From: Clostridia bacterium
GTDB taxonomy: Bacteria > Bacillota > Clostridia > UBA1212 > DUPL01
Assembly: GCA_050951325.1 (NCBI GenBank)
Contig: JBMNIW010000003.1
Location: forward strand, 32,001 to 96,000
DNA: 64,000 nucleotides
Reading direction: 5' to 3'
Positions 1-10,175 of this stretch are shown here, piece by piece (positions within the stretch are counted from its first letter, which is position 1; each line of letters opens with the position of its first letter). The translations under genes and the position numbers were made by a program. The notes beneath the pieces were generated by a model. That model saw nothing but the letters and a program-made list of their open reading frames with translations, was not told the DNA's origin and searched no databases.

Positions 1-236
1 CTTGCCTGTTCTATGCTGACTTTCTGTCCTACATTGTCTCCAGCCAGCCTGTTAAGAAAAGGTTCAAGTTTTTCAGGTGTTACCCCATGCTTTGCAAAAA
101 GCTTGCCCGAGATGCTTTTTGCTTCTGAAACGATACCGTATAGTATATGCTCGGTACCCACATATGGCAATCCTAATGATATCGCCTTGTTTATTGCTGT
201 ATTTATAGCGTTTGACGCACTATCTGTAAATCTCAT
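1..236 (-). CDS. clpC: ATP-dependent Clp protease ATPase ClpC, N-terminal part (runs off window edge)
   Basis: Hand translation from ATG 236: MRFTDSASNAINTAINKAISLGLPYVGTEHILYG (Clp N-domain GTEH motif); GGAGG RBS; follows ctsR-mcsA-mcsB. Confidence 0.9.
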   Translation of the reverse strand, partial: MRFTDSASNAINTAINKAISLGLPYVGTEHILYGIVSEAKSISGKLFAKHGVTPEKLEPFLNRLAGDNVGQKVSIEQA

Positions 237-251
237 TCAGTCAACCTCCAT

Positions 252-1292
252 TCATTCTGTCTTCGACTTTAACTTTTCTCTAATTATGTTTGCTCTTAAA
301 ATATCTCGTTCTCCTGGTGATAGTATTTTACCAGAAATCTTCTGCAAGGATGCAGGTTGAACATTCGACATAAGAGCAATTATATCAGTAGTGTCATATT
401 CTGCAAACATTCCCAGGTCAATACCCAGTTTAAGCTCCGACAAAAGTCTCAAAGCTTCTTCTGATGTAAGCATTCTGGCATTGGTCAGTATTCCGTATGC
501 CCTGAAAATCATGTCGTCAAAAGTTATTCCAAACTTTGACCTTAACGTCTCTCTAGCTTCCCTTTCAAGCTGTATTATGTTTTTTATAAGATTGTCAATG
601 CCTGAAATTATTTCATGTTCAGTAAACCCCATGGTAACCTGGTTTGATATCTGATAACAGCTTCCAAGACTTTTTGTGTTTTCTCCATGAAAACCTCTTA
701 CTGCAACACCCATTTTCCTGCATTGATCAATCAAAGATTCCATCTTGTCCGTCTTTTCGAGGGCAGGCAGATGAACCATTGCAGATGCTCTAAGGCCTGT
801 ACCTGTATTGGTAGGACAGCTGGTAAGGTACCCAATCTCATGACTGAAAGCATATTTGGGTTGAAACTCTGCAATACCTTCAAACTCAAGACATTGCTTG
901 TATGCATCCTCCAGCTGCAAACCAGGCATCAGGCTTTGTATCCTCAAATGGTCCTCTTCATTAACCATAACCGCCAGGTTTTCATTTCCTTCTTTAATAA
1001 CCAAAGCGGTAGGTATCTTTTTTCCGACCATATCGGTACTCATCATATGAATCTCGACAAGATACTCCTGATCAAGCTGAGGAAGGCTGCCTAGATCAAT
1101 AACCTTGAAATTGAGATTCTTTACCGAATCCACAGCTTTTTTGACTATGGATATACTCTCTTCCGCACTCTTAATATTCTCCGATGTAGGAAAAGGCAAA
1201 CTCTTGAAATTCCTGGCAAGTCTTACTCTGGAACTTATGACCACATCCTGCATCGGACCGCTTTTGGTAAACCAACCCGACATATTATTCAC
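252..1292 (-). CDS. mcsB: Protein-arginine kinase McsB
   Basis: SSRVRLARN, NEEDH, GYLTSCPTNTGTG guanidino-kinase motifs; ctsR operon context. Confidence 0.95.
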   Translation of the reverse strand: MNNMSGWFTKSGPMQDVVISSRVRLARNFKSLPFPTSENIKSAEESISIVKKAVDSVKNLNFKVIDLGSLPQLDQEYLVEIHMMSTDMVGKKIPTALVIKEGNENLAVMVNEEDHLRIQSLMPGLQLEDAYKQCLEFEGIAEFQPKYAFSHEIGYLTSCPTNTGTGLRASAMVHLPALEKTDKMESLIDQCRKMGVAVRGFHGENTKSLGSCYQISNQVTMGFTEHEIISGIDNLIKNIIQLEREARETLRSKFGITFDDMIFRAYGILTNARMLTSEEALRLLSELKLGIDLGMFAEYDTTDIIALMSNVQPASLQKISGKILSPGERDILRANIIREKLKSKTE

Positions 1293-1794
1293 CTTCCTCG
1301 ATAGCCTTTATTCTATCCCTTAATTCGGCCGCTTTTTCAAACTCTTCACTATCCACCGCTTCCTGCATAAGTTGCTTCAGTTTAACCAGCTCCATCTGCC
1401 TTTTGCTAACATCAGCAATGCTCTCGCCAGCATCATTTTTCGCCACCACATAAGGAGTAGCACCCTTGTGCGCACAATTGCCGTGAATCTTTCTTAACAG
1501 AGCGCGTACTTCCTTGTTAAAGGTATCATAACATTCTGAACAACCAAATTTACCTGTCTTGTTGATTGTATTAATGCTGGAGTTGCAAACAGGACATTTT
1601 TTGTCAAAGGCCCCAACACCATTGTATATATTGTCCATGTTCAGCAAAGTAGAAAACAAAGAACCGATGTTGTTGCCAATATATCCGAGTTCAACTGCAC
1701 ACTGGTTACACAAATTCATCTCCTGCTTATGAAAATTGACAACCTGTATCTTTCTGATAGTGGCATTTCTTGCTTTGCATCTGTCACACAGCAT
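1285..1794 (-). CDS. mcsA: McsA (Zn-binding, UVR domain) McsB activator
   Basis: Four CxxC motifs, C-terminal EEFEKAAELRD UVR motif. Confidence 0.95.
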   Translation of the reverse strand: MLCDRCKARNATIRKIQVVNFHKQEMNLCNQCAVELGYIGNNIGSLFSTLLNMDNIYNGVGAFDKKCPVCNSSINTINKTGKFGCSECYDTFNKEVRALLRKIHGNCAHKGATPYVVAKNDAGESIADVSKRQMELVKLKQLMQEAVDSEEFEKAAELRDRIKAIEEGE

Positions 1795-1796
1795 TG

Positions 1797-2279
1797 TTAA
1801 TCACCCCTTTGTGTCAATAAAGAAGTAAGCATATTCCTCAATAACGAAGCCCTCACCTTATCTCGCTCTACAGTGGGCAGGAACTTCAATATTTTGTCGC
1901 TTGTAGCAGCCTCCATGATTCTTGCTTCCCTTTCAGTAATAATTTCATACTCAAGAAAGTTTCTAATGAATATCTGACAATGGTACTGTGATAGACTCTT
2001 GCCCATACCACCAATTACATGCATGGTATAGTGGTCCTTATTCTTGTCCTTGTCAAATCTAATCCTACAAATCTTGATATATCCTCCGCCTCCCCTTCTG
2101 CTCTCGACATAATAGCCTTTTTCAGGAGAGAATCTTGTATCTATAACATAATTTATTTGAGAAGGTACACAGTTAAAATAGTTTGCAAGCTCATTCCTCT
2201 GTATCTCAACATGTTCCGGATCATTGTCATCCAACAAACCTTTGATGAATTCTTCAATCAAATCACTTAAATTGCTCAA
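1797..2279 (-). CDS. ctsR: Class III heat-shock repressor CtsR
   Basis: CVPSQINYVI and VESRRGGGGYIKI motifs; TTG start with AGGAGG RBS. Confidence 0.97.
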   Translation of the reverse strand: MSNLSDLIEEFIKGLLDDNDPEHVEIQRNELANYFNCVPSQINYVIDTRFSPEKGYYVESRRGGGGYIKICRIRFDKDKNKDHYTMHVIGGMGKSLSQYHCQIFIRNFLEYEIITEREARIMEAATSDKILKFLPTVERDKVRASLLRNMLTSLLTQRGD

Positions 2280-2298
2280 TTATACCCCTCCTTTTGTC

Positions 2299-2345
2299 CT
2301 TGACTTTCTTTGACTATTATACCATAAAAATATTTTATAAGTCAA
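2299..2345 (-). promoter_or_regulatory. SigA promoter of the ctsR operon with CtsR box
   Basis: TTGACT(2340-2345)-18 nt-TGgTATAAT(-10 at 2316-2321), immediately followed by AGTCAAA-GAA-AGTCAAG (2299-2315), matching the CtsR heptad direct repeat. Confidence 0.88.
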
Positions 2346-2375
2346 TATTTTATAGTCTAACCAAAAAAAAAAATT

Positions 2376-2409
2376 AAAAAAGACAGAATGATCAAAATCA
2401 CTCTGTCTT
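2376..2409 (-). terminator. Intrinsic terminator after fusA2
   Basis: Imperfect inverted repeat aagacaga-a-tgat/atca-c-tctgtctt followed by a long U tract on the minus strand. Confidence 0.75.
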
Positions 2410-2434
2410 GGTATTCATATCGTTTTCTATTAAT

Positions 2435-4501
2435 TTAACCTTCCAGATTGCCTGAAGCTTTTGCTTCTTCAACAATCTTTTGAGCTATATTCATAGGCAC
2501 TTCTTCGTATCTTACAAACTCAGAAACAAACTCTCCCCTTGCTTGGGTCATGGAGCGGAGGTCTGTAGCATACTTGAACAACTCAGCATATGGAACCTCA
2601 GCTTCGATTTCCTGCATTCCATTCTCAAGAGGATTCATGCCAAGGACTCTGCCACGCCTCTTGTTAAGGTCACCGATAATGTCTCCCATGTATCTTTCTG
2701 GCACATATACCTTGATCTGATAAATAGGCTCGAGAAGGACCGGACTTGCTTCTGCAAGACCCTTCTTATATGCAAGGGATGCTGCAATCTTGAACGCCAT
2801 TTCCGAAGAGTCGACTGGATGGTAGGAACCATCAACCAAGGTAGCTTTCAGATAAAGTACAGGATATCCAGCAAGAACGCCTTTCCTTATGGCTTCCTGC
2901 AATCCTTTCTCAACTGCCGGGAAATAGTTCTTTGGAACTGCTCCACCGAAAATCTTCTCGCCAAACTCCAGCTCTTCTTGTGTTCCTGGCTCAAACTCAA
3001 TCCATACATCACCGTATTGGCCGTGTCCACCGGACTGTTTCTTGTGCTTACCCTGAACCTTGACTTTCTTTCTAATGGTTTCTCTGTATGGTACCTTTGG
3101 ATCGCTAAGATCAACTTGAACCTGGTACTTGCTCTTGAGTTTACCAACTATGACATCAAGATGCTGCTCGCCCATACCGGTTATGAGAAGTTGTGCAAAT
3201 TCAGGATCGTTTTCATATTTGAATGTCAAATCCTCTTCAGCAAGTCTTGACAATCCGTTACTTATCTTCTCCTCGTCACCTTTTGCCTTTGGAGTAACAG
3301 CAAGTGTAATCTGTGGCTGTGGGAAATTGATTCCTTTTACTTTCACAGGCTTTGATTTCAAGCACAATGTATCGTTTGTAGTTGTGTTGGACAGCTTTGA
3401 AACTGCTCCAATATCACCAGCAACAAGCTCTTGTACAGGAATCTGCTTCTTGCCCATCATAGTGAATACATTGGATATCTTCTCATCAGCACCCTTGTTG
3501 GGGTTATGCATTGTAGTGTCGCCTTTCATAGTGCCTGAGCAAACCTTGAATAGTGACAATTTGCCAACGAATGGGTCTGCAATAGTCTTGAATACAAACA
3601 ACACCGGTTCTTTAGAGCTGTCTGGTGTAATATCAATCTTGTTTCCGCTTGCATCTTCAGCCTCAAATTTGCAAACTTCAGCCGGATTTGGCAAATAGTC
3701 TACTATGAAGTCATTGAACTGAGCAACTGCCATGTTTTCAAAAGCTGAACCCAAAAGAACAGGGTAACAGCTATTGGAGTTAATGGCTTCCTTTACACCC
3801 TTCTTAATTTCATCAGGTGTGAAAGATTCACCTTCAAAAAACTTCATCATAAGTTCATCGTCAGTCTCAGCAACAATCTCCATTATCTTCATGTTGAGTT
3901 CTTCAACCTGAGCCTGAAGGTTTGAAGGTATATCAGTATCTGTTACTTTTCCATCCTTGTCAAATTTATATGCTTTTTGATTCAGAACATCAACGAATCC
4001 TTCGAATTTTCTATCGGTTTTTATTGGTAAATGAAACGCAACGCATTTATTTCCAAAGAGATTAACAAGTTCATCGTAAATCTTATTAAAATCAGAAGTT
4101 TCTTCATTCATTTTGTTTACATAAAATACCCTGGGTATATTATGTAACTCACATGCATCAAAAGCTTTTTCAGTTCCAACAGCAACATCACCCGCAACTA
4201 CTATGACTGCAGAATCGGCAACAAAAATACCTTCATACATTTCTCCCACAAAGTCAAAATAACCTGGAGTATCGATAATATTAATTTTTGATTTTTTCCA
4301 TTCAAAAGGTGCAACAGCAGTATTTATAGATACTTGCCTTTTTTGTTCTTCTGCGTCGTAGTCAAGCGTTGTATTGCCATCTGCTATACGACCCAATCTG
4401 TCTATAGCTTTGGCATTGAACAGCATAGCTTCAGCAAGAGTGGTTTTGCCGACTCCACCATGTCCCAATAATACAACGTTGCGTAAATCAGTAGTTTTCA
4501 T
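2435..4501 (-). CDS. fusA: Elongation factor G paralogue (EF-G2/FusA2)
   Basis: GHGGVGKTT, DTPGYFDF, GMGEQHL, KQSGGHGQY, YATDLRSMTQARG; RQVSI replaces RGITI; outside the str operon; ATG 4501 has AGGAGG RBS. Confidence 0.9.
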   Translation of the reverse strand: MKTTDLRNVVLLGHGGVGKTTLAEAMLFNAKAIDRLGRIADGNTTLDYDAEEQKRQVSINTAVAPFEWKKSKINIIDTPGYFDFVGEMYEGIFVADSAVIVVAGDVAVGTEKAFDACELHNIPRVFYVNKMNEETSDFNKIYDELVNLFGNKCVAFHLPIKTDRKFEGFVDVLNQKAYKFDKDGKVTDTDIPSNLQAQVEELNMKIMEIVAETDDELMMKFFEGESFTPDEIKKGVKEAINSNSCYPVLLGSAFENMAVAQFNDFIVDYLPNPAEVCKFEAEDASGNKIDITPDSSKEPVLFVFKTIADPFVGKLSLFKVCSGTMKGDTTMHNPNKGADEKISNVFTMMGKKQIPVQELVAGDIGAVSKLSNTTTNDTLCLKSKPVKVKGINFPQPQITLAVTPKAKGDEEKISNGLSRLAEEDLTFKYENDPEFAQLLITGMGEQHLDVIVGKLKSKYQVQVDLSDPKVPYRETIRKKVKVQGKHKKQSGGHGQYGDVWIEFEPGTQEELEFGEKIFGGAVPKNYFPAVEKGLQEAIRKGVLAGYPVLYLKATLVDGSYHPVDSSEMAFKIAASLAYKKGLAEASPVLLEPIYQIKVYVPERYMGDIIGDLNKRRGRVLGMNPLENGMQEIEAEVPYAELFKYATDLRSMTQARGEFVSEFVRYEEVPMNIAQKIVEEAKASGNLEG

Positions 4502-4535
4502 ACACATTCCTCCTAGAAATTAAAATTTATTCAAT

Positions 4536-5192
4536 TTAATTTTTTCCGTTTTTTCTTAATTCAGAAATTCTATAACCTAAAACCATTAAATTATCTGTAA
4601 GATGAACATTTTCTACGACCGTTCCAAACTCTTCTTCAATGTTGTGCAAGTCGGTAGATGAAAAATTCCACAAGCCATGTATACCAAGAGCAGCGACTCT
4701 TCTTGCTATTTCCATTGCATTTTCCTTGGGAATACACAGTACAGCAATATCTGTTTTGTTTTCTTTTACGAAATCTTCAAGAGTATCAATATGAGCAACC
4801 TTAACCCCATTTATATCTTGACCAATAACATTGGGATTCTTGTCGAATATACCGGTGAATACAAAACCTCTTTTATTAAAATTCTCGTACTTTGCAATTG
4901 CTTGTCCCATGTTACCAGCACCGATAATAATTACATTAAAAGGATCAGGAATTCCTAAAATTGAAGCAATTTCTTTGTGAAGCACTTCCACGTTATAACC
5001 ATAACCTTGTTGACCAAAACCTCCAAAACAATTCAAATCCTGTCTAATTTGAGAGGCTGTTAAATTCATCCGTCTACTTAACTCTTGCGATGACACCTTC
5101 GCGATCCCATTTTCGAGCAACTCTGTAATATATCTGTAATACCTTGGTAATCTTTTAATTACCGCTATAGAGATCTTTTTATTGCCATCCAT
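4536..5192 (-). CDS. rex: Redox-sensing repressor Rex
   Basis: RLPRYYR, SQIRQDL, FGQQGYGY, GAGNMG Rossmann motif; start could be 5192-5201. Confidence 0.96.
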   Translation of the reverse strand: MDGNKKISIAVIKRLPRYYRYITELLENGIAKVSSQELSRRMNLTASQIRQDLNCFGGFGQQGYGYNVEVLHKEIASILGIPDPFNVIIIGAGNMGQAIAKYENFNKRGFVFTGIFDKNPNVIGQDINGVKVAHIDTLEDFVKENKTDIAVLCIPKENAMEIARRVAALGIHGLWNFSSTDLHNIEEEFGTVVENVHLTDNLMVLGYRISELRKNGKN

Positions 5193-5245
5193 CTGCATCA
5201 ATCCTTTTTTTATGTTTTCTCAGGTTAAAAGCTCATGTACGATTT

Positions 5246-5297
5246 ATTCTATCATTTGTTATTAACACTTGTCAATATTGTTTTTAAATTGTAAAAT
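5246..5297. promoter_or_regulatory. Divergent SigA promoters with overlapping -35 elements (rex / ABC-F)
   Basis: Minus: TTGACA(5270-5275)-18-TAGAAT(5246-5251). Plus: TTGTCA(5269-5274)-17-TAAAAT(5292-5297). Confidence 0.6.
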
Positions 5298-5313
5298 ATC
5301 ACGGGAGGTTTAT

Positions 5314-7146
5314 ATGACTATATTTTCATGCACAAACATAAACTTGAGTTTTGGAAATTTAACAATATTTGATAATCTTGATATAAACATATATGAAAAA
5401 GACAAAGTTGGAATAGTTGGTGTAAATGGAGCTGGCAAAACCACTTTTGTGAAACTACTACTCGGCATGCTTCCGCCCGACAAGGGAAACGTTTTCGTAT
5501 CCAGCAAGGTTGAAATCGGATATCTTGAACAAAACTCCGGCCTTGACTCAAACAACACTGTCATGGACGAGTTTCTTCTACCCTTTTCCCACCTTATTGA
5601 ACTGGAAAACCGAATTAAATCAATTGAAAGGGAGCTGCAAAAGGAAAATACGGACAAGATAAAACTTTCAAACACTCTGGCAAACCTCTATGAGGAGTAT
5701 AATGTAAATGGCGGTAATGAATACAAAAACCGTGTAAGAAGCATTCTGCAAGGATTAGGATTTCCAGAAGAGAGTTGGAATATGCAAATTTCCACCCTTA
5801 GCGGAGGTCAAAAAACACGCCTTGCACTAGCAAGACTTTTAGTAAGAACGCCTGATGTTCTTGTATTGGACGAGCCTACGAACCACCTGGATACACAGTC
5901 TATTGAATGGCTTGAATCCTTCCTGAAAAGCTACCAGGGAACACTACTAGTAATATCCCATGACAGACAGCTTCTCACTACAGTAACCACAAAGACTCTA
6001 TTAATAGACAACCAGGAAGCATATGTTTACAATGCTCCCTATGACAAGTATGTGGAACTAAGAGAAGCAGACAAGGCCTATCAGGAAAAACGATATATCC
6101 AGCAGCAGAAGGAAATTGATAGAATAATGGCTTTCGTTGAACAGCAAAAACGCTGGAACAGGGAAAGAAACATTATTGCAGCAGAAAGCAGACTTAAAAA
6201 GCTTGAAAAAATAACCCTTGTTGAAAAGCCACAGGATGAAAAGAAAATAAATCCTATAAATCTGAAAATAAACTACTTGGGAGGCAAAGAAGTACTTGTT
6301 GCTGACAACCTTTCCTTTGGCTATACCGATGAAATGCTTTTTGAAAACCTCAGCTTTAAAGTTTTCAGAGGCGACAGAGTATTTATAACCGGGCCGAATG
6401 GTTGTGGCAAGACTACCCTTCTCAAAATCCTTACAGGAACCCTTGAAGGCTACAATGGCAATTATAAAATCGGGGATGGAATAGAGTTTGCCTACTATTC
6501 TCAAGACATGTCCGATTTGAATTGGGAAAACACCATATTCGATGAACTATATGACAATTTTGACAATGTAACACCGGTTGAGATAAGAAACAGTCTTGCA
6601 GCTTTTGGTTTCAAGGGAGATGATGTTTTTAGAAAGATAGGTGTTCTAAGCGGTGGTGAAAAAGCAAGGGTACAACTGCTTAAAACAATATACAAAAACG
6701 CATCATTCCTTATACTTGACGAACCTACAAACCATTTGGACATATACACAAGAGAAGTACTGGAAGACGCCCTTCTTGAGTTTGAAGGTACCATCCTTTG
6801 TGTATCCCATGACAGGTTCTTTGTAAATAAAATCGCTACATCATTTATTGATATGGGTAATAATGAAGAAGCAGACCAGAAAAATGAAAAAGACGAGTCA
6901 GCAAAGCTTGCTTATCTCAAAGCAAAAGAAGAAAGAGCAAGACAAAGGAGAAACAAAGCTCAAAAAGAACGAATGGAAAATGAAATGCAGAAAACCGGAG
7001 AGAGAATAAAGGTTCTGGAAGAAAAACTGCACACTATTATCGATTATGAAGAAATCCAAAAACTCTACACTGAATGCGAAGAGCTGAAAAAATACTTAAG
7101 ACAAACAGAAGACGAATATCTGCTTCTTTTGGAAGAAGACCTTTAA
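5314..7146 (+). CDS. ABC-F family ribosome-associated ATPase (YdiF-like)
   Basis: Two ABC domains (GVNGAGKTT/LSGGQ/LDEPTNHLD; GPNGCGKTT/LSGGE), inter-domain linker, C-terminal coiled coil, no TM; ATG 5314 after GGGAGG. Confidence 0.92.
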   Translation: MTIFSCTNINLSFGNLTIFDNLDINIYEKDKVGIVGVNGAGKTTFVKLLLGMLPPDKGNVFVSSKVEIGYLEQNSGLDSNNTVMDEFLLPFSHLIELENRIKSIERELQKENTDKIKLSNTLANLYEEYNVNGGNEYKNRVRSILQGLGFPEESWNMQISTLSGGQKTRLALARLLVRTPDVLVLDEPTNHLDTQSIEWLESFLKSYQGTLLVISHDRQLLTTVTTKTLLIDNQEAYVYNAPYDKYVELREADKAYQEKRYIQQQKEIDRIMAFVEQQKRWNRERNIIAAESRLKKLEKITLVEKPQDEKKINPINLKINYLGGKEVLVADNLSFGYTDEMLFENLSFKVFRGDRVFITGPNGCGKTTLLKILTGTLEGYNGNYKIGDGIEFAYYSQDMSDLNWENTIFDELYDNFDNVTPVEIRNSLAAFGFKGDDVFRKIGVLSGGEKARVQLLKTIYKNASFLILDEPTNHLDIYTREVLEDALLEFEGTILCVSHDRFFVNKIATSFIDMGNNEEADQKNEKDESAKLAYLKAKEERARQRRNKAQKERMENEMQKTGERIKVLEEKLHTIIDYEEIQKLYTECEELKKYLRQTEDEYLLLLEEDL

Positions 7147-7161
7147 CAGAACAGTGGCAGT

Positions 7162-7854
7162 CTACAAGTCCTTTCTTCCTGATGCAAAGACTGCAGCATA
7201 TATCTTGTTTGCTCCTTTATCCAGGAGAAGATTCGAAACTTCATCAAGAGTGCTACCTGTAGTAAGGATGTCATCGATAACAAGGATGTTATTGCCTTGT
7301 ATTTTTTCCTCATTTATCGCAACAAACCTGTCTTTTATTCCAAGCCTTTCTTCCTCCGTTAATTTCGACTGGGTTTGTCCCTGCATGGGTCTTGCCAACA
7401 CTTCCTTATATGGAATGTCTGAAAGCTTTGATATTCTTTTTGCCAGCAGTCCACTTTGATTGTATCCTCTCTGTGCAAACTTCTTGCCGCTTAGAGGTAC
7501 AGAAGTAATAAAGTCAATATCCATGTATGCATTCTCATACTCAAGCATTCCATGCATAAGGACGGCAAAAGATTTATATACGGTTACATCCCCTCTGAAC
7601 TTATACTCTACAAAGGTTTTCTTAACAGCTCCGGAGTATTCAAACAGACAATACACCTCTTCAAACTTCCTAAATCCTCTATGTTGTTGCCGTTTATTAC
7701 CTTTGAACTGTCTGTACTCTTCCTTGTAATATGGCAGCTTTATATTGCATTTTTTGCATATATTGGTTGTGCTGTCCACGTCATCCATGCAGCCGCAGAA
7801 TGTACACTTTGCAGGAAAAACAAGGTCAATAAATGCATTCAATAGCTCCCTCAT
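7162..7854 (-). CDS. comF: ComF family protein (Zn ribbon + PRTase domain)
   Basis: N-terminal CxxC..CxxC, RGYNQS, VIDDILTTGST. Confidence 0.92.
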   Translation of the reverse strand: MRELLNAFIDLVFPAKCTFCGCMDDVDSTTNICKKCNIKLPYYKEEYRQFKGNKRQQHRGFRKFEEVYCLFEYSGAVKKTFVEYKFRGDVTVYKSFAVLMHGMLEYENAYMDIDFITSVPLSGKKFAQRGYNQSGLLAKRISKLSDIPYKEVLARPMQGQTQSKLTEEERLGIKDRFVAINEEKIQGNNILVIDDILTTGSTLDEVSNLLLDKGANKIYAAVFASGRKDL

Positions 7855-10046
7855 TCTCTTAACAACCCCGTATACCTTAATTCTTCGGTATTGTTGTTAA
7901 TCATATGAACAAGGCAGTCTTCTTTGCCAATCAGGACGACCATCTTCTTTGCCCTTGTTATGGCAGTGTAAAGAAGGTTTCTGGTCATCAGAATGGGAGA
8001 GGTGTAGAACAAAGGCAGTACAATATAGTCAAATTCGCTACCTTGGCTTTTATGAACTGTAATGGCATAACACAGCTCCAGGTCGTTCAGCTGCTCAAAT
8101 TCATAGCGTACGATTCTTTCATCATCAAATACAACATGAGCAATTTTACCCTTAGTGTCAATACTGGTCAGTATGCCCATTTCACCATTGAACACACCTT
8201 TCCCGTACTCTAAAGTACTTTGTCTTTCCCATTCAATGTTGTAATTATTCCTTATCTGCATCACCCTATCCCCTTCCCTGAAGAGGATATCTCCAAACAG
8301 TCTCTCCTTTTTATGTTTACTGGGAGGGTTTAGATAGCTTTGCAGAACTTTATTGACGTTTAACACACCGCATATTCCCTTTTTGGTTGGTATCAAAACC
8401 TGAATATCCCGCCTCGGATCAATATTATACGTCTGAGGAAGTCTGTTCACGCAAACATCAACGAGGGTGTCAAGACACCTTTCCTGATTATCCCTTTTTA
8501 TTAAAAAGAAATCCTTGTCACTCACATTCAACTTAGGTAATTGACCATTGTTTATCCTGTGTGCATTTACTGTAATCAGGCTTTCACTCTCCTGCCTGTA
8601 AATCTCATTAAGCGTGACAGTTGCAAACAGCTCGGAATCCAGCATGTCCTTTAACACTTTGCCAGGACCAACAGAAGGCAGCTGATCCTTATCGCCTACA
8701 AAAACAACCCGACAACCGTCATTTACGGCTTTGAGCAGATGATACATAAGAATTATGTCTATCATGGAAGACTCGTCCACTATCAATACATCACATTCAA
8801 GAGGTTCGTTTTCATTCTTTTTGAACATAACGTAATAATCGTCGTCGTTTTCAATATCGGAACTTACTTCAAGAAGTCTATGGATTGTCTTTGCTTCATG
8901 ATTGCACATTTCCGACATCCGCTTGGATGCCCTTCCTGTTGGAGCGCAAAGGAACACATCTTGCCCAAGAGATGTCATAAGATTCAATATGCCTTTTATT
9001 ATGGTTGTCTTGCCTGTTCCAGGACCGCCTGTAATAATTGAAACACCATTGCTTGCCGCAGTCCTTATGGCCTCTTTTTGCAGAGATGCCAGTATGTACC
9101 CTGTCTGCTGCTCAAAGGATTGTATTCCTCTTGCAACCTCGTCTTCATTCAAATGATATATGTTTGCAGAAAGCTCTTTAAGTTTTTTTGCAACAAAGGA
9201 CTGGCATTCGTACATATAGCGGAGATATACATGCCTGTCGTCTTCTCCATCTATAACAACTATCGAGCCTTCTTCTTCCAAAATGCCAATACAATGCACG
9301 ATATCCTCTTCCGATACATTTATAACTCTTACGTTATAAACAATATCCATAAGAGGCAGGTAAACATGTCCTCTTATGTAGCTGCTTTTTAGAATATAAA
9401 TTATGTATGCACAGACTCTTCTATATGAGTTTTCAGGATAGTCCAGCTGCAGAGCCAAGGCATCAACTTTTTCAAATCTTATTCTAGGAATATCCTCAAG
9501 CAGTCTGTATGGATTGCTCTTTATCAAGTCTGTGGCCATGCTCCCATATTTCTTATACAGTTTGACTGCATGCTTTGCATTTATGCCATGCTTGGTCAAA
9601 AAGCCCACTAGATTGGACATATCCTTGTGAATCATGCAAGCGTCACTGATTTTGTATGCCTTTTCCTCACTTATTCCTTTAACGCAAGTCAATTGGAGAG
9701 GATCATTTATGATTATATCTATGGATTCATCGCCAAACTCGTCCACTATGTATTTAGCTGTTTTTATCCCTACTCCTGGAATGAGTCCTGAAGACAAAAA
9801 ACCAATTATTTCATCATATCCAGTTGGAAGTTCCTTGGTGTAGCTTTCCACAACAAATTGTTCACCATAGCGTTTGTGAACCTCAAATTTGCCAACAGCA
9901 GAAATTGTCTCACCAACTTGCACGGAAGGCAAACTTCCTTTTATTGTAATGAGACAATCCCCTGTATCAAGATCACATATTTTAAAGCCATTATCAGTTT
10001 CAAACACTATGGATACAATTGTTCCATGAATGGTTTCCTCATTCAT
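7851..10046 (-). CDS. recD2: RecD2-like ATP-dependent DNA helicase
   Basis: HhH N-terminal region, TGGPGTGKTT, APTGRAS, DESSM, GDKDQLPSV, TVHKSQGSE, LLYTAITRAK; ATG 10046. Confidence 0.95.
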   Translation of the reverse strand: MNEETIHGTIVSIVFETDNGFKICDLDTGDCLITIKGSLPSVQVGETISAVGKFEVHKRYGEQFVVESYTKELPTGYDEIIGFLSSGLIPGVGIKTAKYIVDEFGDESIDIIINDPLQLTCVKGISEEKAYKISDACMIHKDMSNLVGFLTKHGINAKHAVKLYKKYGSMATDLIKSNPYRLLEDIPRIRFEKVDALALQLDYPENSYRRVCAYIIYILKSSYIRGHVYLPLMDIVYNVRVINVSEEDIVHCIGILEEEGSIVVIDGEDDRHVYLRYMYECQSFVAKKLKELSANIYHLNEDEVARGIQSFEQQTGYILASLQKEAIRTAASNGVSIITGGPGTGKTTIIKGILNLMTSLGQDVFLCAPTGRASKRMSEMCNHEAKTIHRLLEVSSDIENDDDYYVMFKKNENEPLECDVLIVDESSMIDIILMYHLLKAVNDGCRVVFVGDKDQLPSVGPGKVLKDMLDSELFATVTLNEIYRQESESLITVNAHRINNGQLPKLNVSDKDFFLIKRDNQERCLDTLVDVCVNRLPQTYNIDPRRDIQVLIPTKKGICGVLNVNKVLQSYLNPPSKHKKERLFGDILFREGDRVMQIRNNYNIEWERQSTLEYGKGVFNGEMGILTSIDTKGKIAHVVFDDERIVRYEFEQLNDLELCYAITVHKSQGSEFDYIVLPLFYTSPILMTRNLLYTAITRAKKMVVLIGKEDCLVHMINNNTEELRYTGLLRE

Positions 10047-10050
10047 TTTG

Positions 10051-10155
10051 CTACCCCGAATCACATTCTTCCTGTCGATACAGCCAAATACTGAGAAGAA
10101 TCACCAAGTGCATTGTAGTCAGCATGATGATTACCGAGTAAAGAAAAAACAGCAT
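10051..10155 (-). CDS. Unannotated 34-aa single-pass membrane peptide
   Basis: GGAGGTG RBS then MLFFLYSVIIMLTTMHLVILLSIWLYRQEECDSG*; stop 4 nt before the recD2 ATG. Confidence 0.65.
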   Translation of the reverse strand: MLFFLYSVIIMLTTMHLVILLSIWLYRQEECDSG

Positions 10156-10175
10156 GACACTACACCTCCAATATC

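Noticed and set aside
5256-5269. Possible Rex operator TTGTTA-TTAACAC in the rex promoter
   Set aside because: The half-sites lack the 4-nt spacer of the TTGTTAA-N4-TTAACAA box
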